A stretch of DNA of 64,000 nucleotides from a candidate division FCPU426 bacterium. GTDB lineage: Bacteria; Oederibacteriota; Muellerivitia; Muellerivitales; Muellerivitaceae. The stretch's first letter is position 1. The number at the start of each line of letters is the position of its first letter. A program made the translations under genes and the position numbers. Of the stretch, positions 32,821-42,766 are shown in pieces. The stretch covers positions 1 to 64,000 of the forward strand of contig CAVYSE010000027.1 of NCBI GenBank assembly GCA_963771075.1, read 5' to 3'. The notes under the pieces were generated by a model. The model was not told where the DNA came from, searched no databases, and saw nothing but the letters and a program-made list of their open reading frames with translations.

Positions 32821-33057
32821 TTAAGGCCGGAGCTTTAGTGCTTCAGTGTCTTTGGGCGATGTCGGAGAACTCAAACAGAAATTTTTATAGGGTTCCTTAA
32901 AATAGAGATCCAATGCCGCCCTCACGATTTGTGATTTGGTTTTCCTCACGCCGCTTTTGCCTGCGTTAACGACTTCTTCGGAAATTTGTTGGATATGGGT
33001 TTTGGATACCATGAAATCAGCGCGAATCAATTTATATAGGGAATGCTCCTCACTCAT
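32821..33057 (-). CDS. Small ribbon-helix-helix-like protein, 3' end probably disrupted
   Basis: TKSQIVRAALDLYF; GAGG RBS upstream. Confidence 0.45.
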   Translation of the reverse strand: MSEEHSLYKLIRADFMVSKTHIQQISEEVVNAGKSGVRKTKSQIVRAALDLYFKEPYKNFCLSSPTSPKDTEALKLRP

Positions 33058-33431
33058 AGAGTTACCTCACGTGAGATTTGATTATAAAGATAACTTACTT
33101 GTTTATATGTTTTTGGCAATCCACTTTATATGTGTACGTCAAAAATAGTGCAAAAAATGGGCGATTAATTGCTTGGAATTGATTCGTTTTTAAGGAACGA
33201 CTGAAGATCCGAAATTTTCGCGGTAAACCAAAGAGTGGAAAGAAAGCAAACTGTTTTTTTTAATCGATTCCTTCTTCATCCAGGATGAGTCGTAGGGTTC
33301 TAAAGCGCGTTTCCAAGATACCATCTATAAGCACCGCTATCCAGTTAATGGTCGATGAATCCCTGGCAAGCCCAGTGCGATTGCAGACGGTTTGTGAAGC
33401 AAAGCACGCCAACGACTAATGGAAAGAATGA

Positions 33432-33466
33432 AGCCGGAGTGGCATGAAAACCCCGCCACTCCGGCT
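33432..33466 (-). terminator. Hairpin after the S53 protease gene
   Basis: AGCCGGAGTGGC/GCCACTCCGGCT 12-bp stem. Confidence 0.6.
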
Positions 33467-33479
33467 CCGCCAGACGCCC

Positions 33480-36400
33480 TCAATGGATGACGATGATTTT
33501 TCCGGTCCGAGTTTTAAAGCCGGTACCGTCATTCGCTTGGAGGGTATAGATATAAAGCCCGCTTGCCACCAACGAGCCCATTTGGTTCTCCAGCGGCCAT
33601 TCCAGGGTATTCAAACCGGGATTACCGGCTACGCTTGCCTGATAGACCAATTCACCCATCACGGTGTAAATCGCGAGGCGTAACTGGACCGATTTCCCGA
33701 GTTCCACCTGCAACTTCACCGGAACCCCGTTCCGGGAGATGTTCGGCACCGCCGTCACGTCCAGGCCTGCGCCTGAGGTATCCGGAACCGGAACAACGGT
33801 CAGGCTAGGACTGGGGGTTGGGGTGGGTGTGATGCCCTCTTCCGACATGCGCATGGCGTCGGACATGACCGCACCATGTGGGGTGGGGGTTTTCGTCGGC
33901 GTGGACGTTCGCGTCGGTGTACGGGTGAAGGTAGAGGTCCTCGTAAAGGTCGGTGTATTGGTGTGGGTATAGGTGGGCACAGGCGGGTTGAGTTGGCAAG
34001 TCACCCCGCACTGACCGTAGACCCTTACGTTGTGTGAGGAGGCTCCGCTGTCCCCCTGGTAGAGGTTGCCGCAAATGTCGAAAGCGATTCCCATTGAATC
34101 CTGCGACTTGCCCGAGCCCGTACCGGAGGCCCCCCCGATTGTCATTAGAGCGGAACCGGTGTTGTTATCAACGATGATCTGGCTGGTCACAGGGCTGGAT
34201 GCTATGACCTCGCTTTGGTACACGTTGTTATCCAGACCGACGGCTAGTCCGGTCGCGGTTACGCCCGTCGCACTCGTCCCGTTGGGATACCACATGCCGA
34301 GCCATGGGTCGCCAAAATGAGGCCCTAGGATATAACTCGATACCCTTGGATAGGAATTAAGGACGGTTGTGGGGTAATCCGTCACGAATAGGTAGTTTCC
34401 TTCCCGGTCGACAGCGACCTGTACGGGGTCCACGTATGTACCTGAGAAGGTGTTGACGTAACTGATCCCACCCGAGTTGGGGTTTAGGTTCATTTCCACC
34501 ACCCGGTTGTTGCCAGTATCCGCAACATAGAAGTCGTAGTTGGAATCAGTTGCGATGCCACGCGGCGAACTGAAATTAATGGAGTTTGCCGACCCCACGG
34601 AAACCCATTGCCCGGCACCTTCGAAGAAGTAGAGAATATCTACCCGGTTATGTCCGGTGTCAGTGACGAAGATGTCTCCATTGGTGTCGGTGGCGATACC
34701 GGAGGGATTGCTGAACGCCCATGCTGGGTTGAAGTACCAAGTCGACGCGCCGCTCCCCGTGGAAAGGATCATGTAATCCACCCGCGTTGAGTCTAAGACG
34801 AACATCGTGGCACCCACAATGGCCTCGGCGATAGGCTTCGTGAATGAGAACCCCGTGGGAGTGATAGTCGCCTTCGGCGCGTAACAGGGTGTCGGAAGGG
34901 AGGTCGGCGTCGGGGTCGCCGCATCGGAGCAAGGCGCGATCCAGGTGTCGCCGTACGGCCCGCTTATCCCCGAACAATTTGTACCGTTACCGCCGAAAAC
35001 ATAAGGGTTTCCGTTGAACGAAAGCGCCCCGAAATAGGACCGGACTGGGAAGGCGTTCGCATTCGCCTCGGTCCAAGTGGAGCCGTTGGTCGAGGTCCAA
35101 ACGTCGCCGTGGAAACCGCAACCTCCGCCGCTATATCCTCCGGTCAGCCACATCTGGCCACAGTAGACGAACGCCTGTGACCCTTGCCTGGCAGCGAAAG
35201 CCGCTGCGGAGGTGGCCACAGACCAATTTGCACCGTCGGACGAAGAATATACGTCGGTCAGGGGGCCGCTATTGTAGCCAGCGATCACCCACATTTCCGA
35301 GTTATAGACCAGGCAGCTTTCACCACTGCGGGCAGGAAACGGAGTTACCTGGTTCACTTGCGTCCAAGTCACCCCGTTGGAGGAATTCCACACATCGTTT
35401 TGCGTGCTATCTACGCCGATCAGCCACATCTGGTTGTTGTACACGACTAATCCAAAGCCAGTCACCGCTGTAAAGATTGAAGTTCCCGAGGAGGGTACCG
35501 GCGTGACCTGGGACCAGTGAATCCCGTCGAAAGAATAGTTAACGTATTTATTGACGGTTCCTACTGTGTTGTCATTGGATTCCCCGCCGATTTCCCACAT
35601 CCGTGACCCCTTGCCGTCACCCGGATCAAAAGTCACCGCAGCCCCACCACACTCGGTGTAAGGCGCTGAGGAAGTCGTCCGGTACCATTGCATTCCATTG
35701 GCCGAACTCCAGACCTGTGGAATGGCGTTGCCAATAATGCTGTTTCCCGGAACTCCACCGATGGCCCACATCTTGTTCTGATAAACAAGACTCTGGAACG
35801 ATTCAATGGGTGGAAAATTGGACTTCAATTGGTCCCAGGAGGTCCCGTCCGCGCAGCAGGAAGGAGTCGGCGTGGGCGTGGGGGTGGGAGTTTCGTTCAA
35901 AAGACCCAGAATGTTATTGATGAGAGTGTAGCCGCTTGCGTTGGGGCTTCCCAGCCCGGTCGCCAGATCATACCCGGTGACCGCCGGGTACCCGTTGTTG
36001 CCGGTCGTAATGTCGTGGAAGTTGCTGGCGGGGTCGTAGTTTGTTGCTGTCCCTGCGATCCCATAAAGAAGTGGGTTCGCGAAGCCGACCGGTGGCTGGG
36101 CGTTCAACAGAGCCTGCTGGTTGGTCATGGCCATGACAGAGGCCCAAAGCGGCGTGGCCGCGCTTGTTCCTCCGATCAGCCCGATGGCCGCGCCGTCGAA
36201 GCTGATGTTGAAAATGGCGTCTCCCACCATGGAAACGTCCGGCAGGTTCCGGTAGCTCGTGGAACCCTTGCATGCGGTGGTGATGAAGGGCGATTGGTAG
36301 GTAGGAATAGTGATTCCCGGCAACGTGACGGGCACCGAGTAACCTTTCAAGATCCCACCCCCACTGGTTCCAATAGCGTATTGCCTCATCCACACTGTTT

Positions 36401-37730
36401 CAGAGCTGTAGTAAGGGTTAGAGCCCACCGCATTGGTAGACAACTCGGTGGCTCCCACGACCGTCATGTTATTCTCGTCGCGGATGTCCCCTGGATCGAC
36501 GGGATAGGCCCCCGAATCACCTGAGGCCTGGAAAAATGACTGGCCTTGTAGCGCCATCTCGGCCAGGGAAGCGGTCATGGAGGGATCGGTGTAGGAGATG
36601 AAGTCGGTCCAGGAACTACTCAACTGCTGGCAGAAGGGTGTACCCGGTGAGGGATTCGCCATATCAGCGAGGACGTCGTCGCCATAGGCTCCCTCGAACA
36701 CAATCACCTGGGCGCCCGGCGCCATGCACAGCACCATGTCGATGTCCAAAGCCACCTCGTCGTTCCCATATCCCGGCGCAACATCGAAATTGGAGTTGCT
36801 GTTCACGTAAACGCTTTGGACGATGGAGCCGATCGTGGACGAGTTAATCCCGTTTAAACCGGCTCCCGAAGCAACGCAGGTCGCGGCGTAGCTCAAAATG
36901 TCGTTTAGATAAAAACCGTCAAGCTCGAAAAGCCCTATCGCCTGGCCCGACCCGTCCAAGGTGCAACCTTGGGCGTAGGCATTGCGGAAATTATTCCCCA
37001 AGTATGTCGCGACCCCGTCATAGGTGGGTCCTGATCCAATATTGGCAACGCCCTTCGTCAACTTGGCCTGTGGTCCAGGAACGCCATGAGGCCCATGAAC
37101 TATGTTTGTTTTTGGCACGTTATAGTTTTCCAAGCCTGTCACATGGAGCAATTGCACATCCAAATCAACTGATGGCTCCCGGTCGGGAGAACGGAACTGA
37201 GTACCATCCGACCTCTTGTAATTACCCATCTTCACGTGGAATGCCTTCTCGATGTCAGCGACGTTACCACTCACGTCCAGAACAGCCCGGTTGCCGTAGT
37301 TTTGGATGACGGCGAGTTTGTGGTTTTTGGCGTAGGCAATAACGGCCTGGTAATCTTCCTCGGTCGGGCCGAACATTTGCGTGAATTTTTCCGGTGACAG
37401 GAACTGACGGTACCGGGGGCTTTTCTTGTCGTAACGGTCCTTGAGGAGATACTGCATGGCTTCGGAGTTTCGCAGGGGCAGGCTGATGGCCAAGTCGAGG
37501 TGGTCGGTGGACGCCATGTCCCCGATCCTTGTAGCCGTTGTAGCCTGTGGAGGGACGTGGCCTTTCATCGACTGACGGCCTGCGACTTGGGCCAGTGCCT
37601 CGGCTGGCGGACACACGAGCAAAAGAGCTAGCATGACCGACCCTAGGGTAGTTTTCCCTGCCAATCGCACCCAGGGGTGGAAAGCCCCGAAAAGTTTTAA
37701 TCCTCCGAACGTTTTTTTCGAACGTGTCAT
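33480..37730 (-). CDS. Secreted S53 (sedolisin/kumamolisin) peptidase with prodomain, Kelch-like and NHL propellers, PT linkers and a C-terminal FlgD-Ig-like domain
   Basis: EVALD, SGDSGA, GGTSAATP, GYDLATGLGSP; likely start ATG 37730 with GGAGG. Confidence 0.88.
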   Translation of the reverse strand: MTRSKKTFGGLKLFGAFHPWVRLAGKTTLGSVMLALLLVCPPAEALAQVAGRQSMKGHVPPQATTATRIGDMASTDHLDLAISLPLRNSEAMQYLLKDRYDKKSPRYRQFLSPEKFTQMFGPTEEDYQAVIAYAKNHKLAVIQNYGNRAVLDVSGNVADIEKAFHVKMGNYKRSDGTQFRSPDREPSVDLDVQLLHVTGLENYNVPKTNIVHGPHGVPGPQAKLTKGVANIGSGPTYDGVATYLGNNFRNAYAQGCTLDGSGQAIGLFELDGFYLNDILSYAATCVASGAGLNGINSSTIGSIVQSVYVNSNSNFDVAPGYGNDEVALDIDMVLCMAPGAQVIVFEGAYGDDVLADMANPSPGTPFCQQLSSSWTDFISYTDPSMTASLAEMALQGQSFFQASGDSGAYPVDPGDIRDENNMTVVGATELSTNAVGSNPYYSSETVWMRQYAIGTSGGGILKGYSVPVTLPGITIPTYQSPFITTACKGSTSYRNLPDVSMVGDAIFNISFDGAAIGLIGGTSAATPLWASVMAMTNQQALLNAQPPVGFANPLLYGIAGTATNYDPASNFHDITTGNNGYPAVTGYDLATGLGSPNASGYTLINNILGLLNETPTPTPTPTPSCCADGTSWDQLKSNFPPIESFQSLVYQNKMWAIGGVPGNSIIGNAIPQVWSSANGMQWYRTTSSAPYTECGGAAVTFDPGDGKGSRMWEIGGESNDNTVGTVNKYVNYSFDGIHWSQVTPVPSSGTSIFTAVTGFGLVVYNNQMWLIGVDSTQNDVWNSSNGVTWTQVNQVTPFPARSGESCLVYNSEMWVIAGYNSGPLTDVYSSSDGANWSVATSAAAFAARQGSQAFVYCGQMWLTGGYSGGGCGFHGDVWTSTNGSTWTEANANAFPVRSYFGALSFNGNPYVFGGNGTNCSGISGPYGDTWIAPCSDAATPTPTSLPTPCYAPKATITPTGFSFTKPIAEAIVGATMFVLDSTRVDYMILSTGSGASTWYFNPAWAFSNPSGIATDTNGDIFVTDTGHNRVDILYFFEGAGQWVSVGSANSINFSSPRGIATDSNYDFYVADTGNNRVVEMNLNPNSGGISYVNTFSGTYVDPVQVAVDREGNYLFVTDYPTTVLNSYPRVSSYILGPHFGDPWLGMWYPNGTSATGVTATGLAVGLDNNVYQSEVIASSPVTSQIIVDNNTGSALMTIGGASGTGSGKSQDSMGIAFDICGNLYQGDSGASSHNVRVYGQCGVTCQLNPPVPTYTHTNTPTFTRTSTFTRTPTRTSTPTKTPTPHGAVMSDAMRMSEEGITPTPTPSPSLTVVPVPDTSGAGLDVTAVPNISRNGVPVKLQVELGKSVQLRLAIYTVMGELVYQASVAGNPGLNTLEWPLENQMGSLVASGLYIYTLQANDGTGFKTRTGKIIVIH

Positions 37731-38174
37731 GCAATCCTCCGTGAATTCAAAAAAAGAAACGATCCAAAGAAAATGAAATCGGCATGGGTGTCGGTATTTC
37801 AAACTTGAACCAGGAAAATTTTACGGAAAAACCGGACGGGAAATTTTCTATGTGCTGTGTATGTGTATGCTTTTGGTGCAAGAAAGGAAAAGGAAAAACC
37901 CGTGCTTCCGTCGACCACGCTCAACCCTTCATCACGGTTTGGATACTGACTTATCCGCCTTTACCCCGAAGTGATTTAGGCGATTGTGTTAATATATTTT
38001 TGACGGGACGCTGTAGGCCTGTTGCAAGGTTGTCCGCGAATAGGTACCCGCCGTGGACAAGGAAAAGGGCGGAAAGTACTACACCCTAGCGAATAGAAGA
38101 AAGCATGAAAAAAATAATATCCGATGTATGTGCTTTTAAACCTCGTTTAAGCCTATCCAATCTGTTGACCCTTC

Positions 38175-40247
38175 ATGGGCAAGTCCGGAAATCCTATGGA
38201 CTCGTTTAAAGGGGCGGTTCTCCCCGCCGCCAACCGTCGCCTGTTTTGGGTCCTGGCGCTCCTACCCGTCCTTTTGACAATCTTGTTCTACCTCCCCGTT
38301 CTGAGGAATGGATTTGTATATTCCTGGGATGACAGCGAGGTTATTTCAAACAACATTCATATCCGGTCATTCCGTTTTTCAAATCTCTATTGGATGTTCA
38401 CCGACATCACCACGGGGTACTGGATGCCGCTGACCTGGCTATCTCTTGCCCTGGATTACCAATGGGGCGGTCTCAACCCCATGGTCTACCATGGAACAAA
38501 TCTTCTATTACATAGCCTCAACACCCTGGTGGTTTTTTTCCTAGGCTATCGGCTGATTCCCCTGACCAACTTTATAGCTGGCACTCCGGGGGAAAATTCG
38601 CCTCGGAAAGGGGCTGTATCCGCAGCCTCCCTGACTGCGCTTTTGTTCGGGCTCCACCCCATTCACGTGGAAGCAGTCGCCTGGGCTACGGAAAGAAAGG
38701 ATATGCTATGCGGTTTATTTTTCCTCCTGAGCCTCTTGGCTTACCTGGGTTACGTCTCCGCCAAGGGAAAAAAACCGTTTCAATACGCCGCGTCACTGGG
38801 TTGCTTCTTATTGTCTCTTATGGCTAAACCCATGGCTGTGACGCTTCCGCTGGTTTTCCTTTTATTGGATGCGTGGCCGCTCAAGAGATTAAGGCTGGGT
38901 TGGGCCAAGGTTTTCTTGGAGAAAACGCCGTTTTTCCTCCTGTCCATCCTATCCGGCTGGCTGGCGGTCGCGGGCCAGACCCAAATGGAGGCGCTCCCAA
39001 GCCTTCAACAATTGAGCCTTCCTTACAGACTCATGAACGCTTGCCATTCACTGATTTTCTACTTGTCGGAGGTATTCGCGCCCGTCCATTTAGCCGCTTT
39101 CTATCCATTGCCATCGGAAGCGCAAGTTTATTCCCCCGGATACATCTTCTCGGGTATGGCCGTGGTCCTCCTCTCCATCGTTTGTTTTGTTTACCGTCAC
39201 AAGCGCCCTTATCTGGCGGTGGTTTGGCTGTTTTATATGGTGACCCTTACCCCGGTCATGGGCCTTTTTCAATCGGGAACACAAGCCGCCGCAGTCCGCT
39301 ATGCCTATCTCCCCCTTTTGGGATTCTTCTTTCTGATCGGTTCGTGCGTTTCCTTTACGTTTTCAAAGTACCGGCTGGTGCTAGGCCTTTTGTCTCTCCT
39401 CCTGGCGGTTTTCATGGGCTTTGGGACAGTCCGTCAAATTGAAGTTTGGAGGGATTCCCTGTCACTATGGGAAAACGCGGCAAGTGTGTATCCAGGTATT
39501 TCCGTGAAGATCCAATTGAACCTGGGTGAAAGTTATGCGTGGGCGGGACGTTTGGATGATGCCCTCCGGGCTTATGACTTGGCCGTCAATTTGCAACCGC
39601 CATTGTCCGGCCTCCATAACGGGCGGGGTGTCGTATTGAGCGCGATGGGCCGGATGGACGAGGCGGAAAAGGAATTCAAGTATGCCATTTCAGTAGACCC
39701 CCTCGATCCGCCCCCCCACCAGAACCTTTGGAAACTCTATGAACGGGAGGGGAAGCGGAATGCGGCCCTGGTGGAAATTCAGGAAGCGGTCCGATTGAAG
39801 CCGGATTCCGCCGTGTATCTCAGTGACCTAGGGGATGTCTATACCCAACTGAACAAGAAGAAGGAAGCCCAGGAGGCCTTTCTCCATGCCGTCCAATTGG
39901 ATCCATCCAATGCGCGATACCTGGTCGAACTGGCGGGTTCCTGGGAAAGTCTCGGAAAGATGGACGAGGCGGGTGCCTGTTACAAGCATGGAATGGTCCT
40001 CCATCCCCAAGAGCCGGTTTTTTACCTGAATTTGGGGGAAATGTATTTAAGCCGGGGCATGTTTTCCCAAGCCGTGGAAGTGTTGTCGAGGGCCATCCAA
40101 CTTTGGCCTGGAAATGCGGAAGCGGCCAAGTTATTGGGGGAAGCCTACCAAAAATCCGGGCAGTCCGGCTTGGCGGAGCAATATTTCGAAAAGGTCCAGG
40201 CCTTAAATGGCGGAACCGCGAATCATGTAAGGGATGATCGACCGTAA
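38175..40247 (+). CDS. TMTC-like multi-TM glycosyltransferase with C-terminal TPRs
   Basis: WDD, YWMPLTWLS, HPIHVEAVAWATERKD, KPMAVTLP, RYAYLP, TPR repeats. Confidence 0.8.
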   Translation: MGKSGNPMDSFKGAVLPAANRRLFWVLALLPVLLTILFYLPVLRNGFVYSWDDSEVISNNIHIRSFRFSNLYWMFTDITTGYWMPLTWLSLALDYQWGGLNPMVYHGTNLLLHSLNTLVVFFLGYRLIPLTNFIAGTPGENSPRKGAVSAASLTALLFGLHPIHVEAVAWATERKDMLCGLFFLLSLLAYLGYVSAKGKKPFQYAASLGCFLLSLMAKPMAVTLPLVFLLLDAWPLKRLRLGWAKVFLEKTPFFLLSILSGWLAVAGQTQMEALPSLQQLSLPYRLMNACHSLIFYLSEVFAPVHLAAFYPLPSEAQVYSPGYIFSGMAVVLLSIVCFVYRHKRPYLAVVWLFYMVTLTPVMGLFQSGTQAAAVRYAYLPLLGFFFLIGSCVSFTFSKYRLVLGLLSLLLAVFMGFGTVRQIEVWRDSLSLWENAASVYPGISVKIQLNLGESYAWAGRLDDALRAYDLAVNLQPPLSGLHNGRGVVLSAMGRMDEAEKEFKYAISVDPLDPPPHQNLWKLYEREGKRNAALVEIQEAVRLKPDSAVYLSDLGDVYTQLNKKKEAQEAFLHAVQLDPSNARYLVELAGSWESLGKMDEAGACYKHGMVLHPQEPVFYLNLGEMYLSRGMFSQAVEVLSRAIQLWPGNAEAAKLLGEAYQKSGQSGLAEQYFEKVQALNGGTANHVRDDRP

Positions 40248-40250
40248 TAA

Positions 40251-40287
40251 TAACAATGGGGCCAGGCCTACATATTACACTATATAA
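40251..40287 (+). repeat. Orphan copy of the RAYT left-end sequence
   Basis: 37 nt identical to 43325-43361. Confidence 0.9.
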
Positions 40288-40297
40288 TGAAAACAAA

Positions 40298-40380
40298 GGG
40301 GTCGGGCCAACACATTACACTTTAGAGACGATAATGGGCTGGTACGGAAATTCTAAAATGTAAAATGTAAGCCAGACCCC
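40298..40380. repeat. 83-bp REPIN/MITE-like inverted pair related to the RAYT ends
   Basis: GGGGTCGGGCCAACACATTACACTTTAGA ... TCTAAAATGTAAAATGTAAGCCAGACCCC, 23/29 inverted match. Confidence 0.8.
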
Positions 40381-40456
40381 TTCTTGTTTTTGGTTCACAA
40401 GGCGAGTTAAAACGAAATAGAGGCCAAAAGTAGTTATAATCACAAAGTCTTCCAAC

Positions 40457-40485
40457 TTGACAATGTGCAAAAAGTTGCATATCCT
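40457..40485 (+). promoter_or_regulatory. TA promoter with a palindromic operator
   Basis: TTGACA, 17 bp, TATCCT; ATGTGCAA-N4-TTGCATAT (40463-40482) spans the spacer and overlaps the -10. Confidence 0.7.
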
Positions 40486-40503
40486 AATAGGGAGCCTGAA
40501 TTC

Positions 40504-40806
40504 ATGCGTTATTTTGAAATGCCGCATTTCCAAAGGTTTAGCAGGAACCATTTAGGGGCCAGGGAATATGTGGCGTATCAATTGCAGATTAAGAAGATTT
40601 TCCTGGAGGTTAAGGAAAAGGGCCGGTTGGAAAAAGTCTTAAGGACCAAGGACGGGGAAGCCAGCATCACTTATTACTACTACGACCCCGCTGAAAAAAT
40701 CCTTTACGTCTTGGCGGGACATTTAACCCGGCCAGGAGAGCCAAGACCGGATGAAATAAAGGCCATTGAAGGCTATATCCGGCAGATTGAAGGGGGTAGG
40801 CCATGA
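40504..40806 (+). CDS. Putative RelE/HigB-like toxin (divergent)
   Basis: 100 aa, ITYYYY...ILYVLAG beta pattern, toxin-first overlap with an XRE gene. Confidence 0.55.
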   Translation: MRYFEMPHFQRFSRNHLGAREYVAYQLQIKKIFLEVKEKGRLEKVLRTKDGEASITYYYYDPAEKILYVLAGHLTRPGEPRPDEIKAIEGYIRQIEGGRP

Positions 40807-41150
40807 AAACTTTAAACAGGAAAGCGCCTTACGTTAAGGGCATGATTTCACACGAAGAAAGCATGAAACAATTGAAGAAGACTAGGCCGGAAGTCTACAA
40901 AGCTTTGAAAGACCCGGAACCAAGGGCTTGCTTGGCCTGGAACTTGATGGAATACCGGCATGAGAAAGGGTTAACCCAAAAATCCTTGGCTGATAAGGCC
41001 GGTGTCAGCCTTCGAACGGTGGCCTACATCGAGGACTATGAGGAAAAATTCAGCCCCAATATCAAGATTGTTCAGGCAATAGCTAAAGCATTGGGAGTGA
41101 AATTCACTGACCTTTTCGAAACGGTGGACATAACTAAAGCTCATAGTTAG
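40803..41150 (+). CDS. XRE-family HTH protein, putative HigA-like antitoxin
   Basis: RHEKGLTQKSLADKAGVSLRTVAYIE...PNIKIVQAIAKALGV. Confidence 0.85.
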   Translation: MKTLNRKAPYVKGMISHEESMKQLKKTRPEVYKALKDPEPRACLAWNLMEYRHEKGLTQKSLADKAGVSLRTVAYIEDYEEKFSPNIKIVQAIAKALGVKFTDLFETVDITKAHS

Positions 41151-41238
41151 GCCGGGTGCACCTATGACGGAACAGAAAAACTAAGTAAAAAAAGATCACT
41201 TTAACAATTTAATAAGAAAAAAAAGGGGTCGGGCCCTT

Positions 41239-41275
41239 CTTGTGCATGGCCCTCGCAAAAAGGATGGTGTGCAAC
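41239..41275 (+). repeat. 37-bp dispersed repeat, copy B
   Basis: CTTGTGCATGGCCCTCGCAAAAAGGATGGTGTGCAAC. Confidence 0.88.
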
Positions 41276-41711
41276 TGATTTAGCCAAGACTGCTCTTAAG
41301 GTTGATTCAGATACTGCGAAACTATCTGACATTTGGAAAGCTGCTCAAGCCGTCTACGGCAAATACGCTCCAGAAGTATTGCCTTTTGTGCAAAAGCAAC
41401 TCGAAGATGTTGGGCTTTCAGATTTTTAAGGAGATTTATGTATTTTGCTTTGATGAAAGGAAGGGGCGTTGTTGTGGGTTACCCCTATCCAGATAATAGT
41501 TATTTAGCTGAAATCTATGACATGAAAAAAATGTGTGGGTACTGTGGTCGAAATAAAATTCAATTAAGAGACATTTGTTTAACAAAAGGATTTTCAGACA
41601 ATTATGATTTCTTTAGAACGAATGGGATAAGTGAGTTGTTTTGCAAGGAGGAAGTTGCAAAAAAAATTGAAGCTGCAAAATTATCCGGTGTTTTCTTTCA
41701 AGATATTTATT

Positions 41712-42766
41712 CCCGAGTTCCATAAGTAAGTGCAACACTCAGTGCAAGAAGAAAGCCGCCTCCATAGGATAGGCGGCCATGAAAAAAAACTACAAGCATT
41801 TAAGCGTTGAAGAAAGAGATCACTTGGCCGTTTTGAAGGGGAAAGGTCATGGGGTCCGGGATATCGCCAGAATCCTCAAGCGTTCCCCATCCACCATCTC
41901 CCGCGAACTCAAGCGCAACGCCCCAACCATCCGCACGGGTTATTACTTAGCCCACCGTGCCCACCTACGATATATCGTCCGTAACCAGCAACGGGCACGC
42001 CGTTTACGCCTGAAAACAAAGCGAATTCGTGCCTACGTCCGCCGTCAATTGAAACGAGGTTGGTCTCCTGAACTCATTTCGGGTCGTTGGAGCTGCCTAC
42101 ATCCCAAGCAAACCATTGGCCCCGAAGCCATCTACCAGTGGATTTACATTGAGGCCACTGATTTGATCTCTTACCTCGTTCGACACCACCGGCAACGTCT
42201 CTCTTTCGGCCACAGCCGTAAGCACGCCAAAAACCATATTCCAGGCCGTGTTTCCATCGACAAAAGGCCCAAGGCCGTCAACCAACGCAAGCAGTTCGGC
42301 CATTGGGAAACCGACACCATGGTCTCCCGTGAAAGCAAAGTCGCCATGCGGGCTCTCGTCGAACGTCAAAGCCGTTTTTCCAAGTTGGGAAAGCTCAAAC
42401 GAAAAACAGCTGCCCAAATGAGTCACAGCCTCAATCGTACTTTAGGCCGCTTCCCTCAAGAAGCTCGTCTGAGTTTGACCTACGACAATGGAACCGAAAA
42501 CACCAACCACCTGGAAACCAACCGCGTGCTTGGTACAAAATCCTTTTTCTGTGCGCCTTTCCACAGTTGGGAAAAAGGCACTGTAGAAAATACCATTGGT
42601 CTTGTTCGCCGTTATTTGCCCAAAAAGACTGACCTTGCTAAAGTATCTCTCAAAGAATTCAAAGCCATCGAAAGATGGCTCAATCACAGGCCCAGAAAAT
42701 GTTTGGGTTTTAAAACTCCGGCGGAAGTCTTCCGGCGAAGTGTTGCACTTACTCCGTGAATTCAGC
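41712..42766 (+). mobile_element. IS30-family insertion sequence
   Basis: Imperfect 28-bp terminal IRs with a perfect AGTAAGTGCAACACT core; flanking ATT 3-bp duplication (41709-11 and 42767-69). Confidence 0.88.
41779..42759 (+). CDS. IS30-family transposase
   Basis: RSPSTISRELKRN, WSPELI, GHWETD, TYDNGTE, WEKGTVEN, NHRPRKCLG. Confidence 0.95.
   Translation: MKKNYKHLSVEERDHLAVLKGKGHGVRDIARILKRSPSTISRELKRNAPTIRTGYYLAHRAHLRYIVRNQQRARRLRLKTKRIRAYVRRQLKRGWSPELISGRWSCLHPKQTIGPEAIYQWIYIEATDLISYLVRHHRQRLSFGHSRKHAKNHIPGRVSIDKRPKAVNQRKQFGHWETDTMVSRESKVAMRALVERQSRFSKLGKLKRKTAAQMSHSLNRTLGRFPQEARLSLTYDNGTENTNHLETNRVLGTKSFFCAPFHSWEKGTVENTIGLVRRYLPKKTDLAKVSLKEFKAIERWLNHRPRKCLGFKTPAEVFRRSVALTP

Noticed and set aside
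37803..38000. Riboswitch in the S53 protease leader
   Set aside because: A possible stem and U-rich tract exist, but I could not match c-di-GMP, c-di-AMP or other aptamer consensus; needs an Rfam scan
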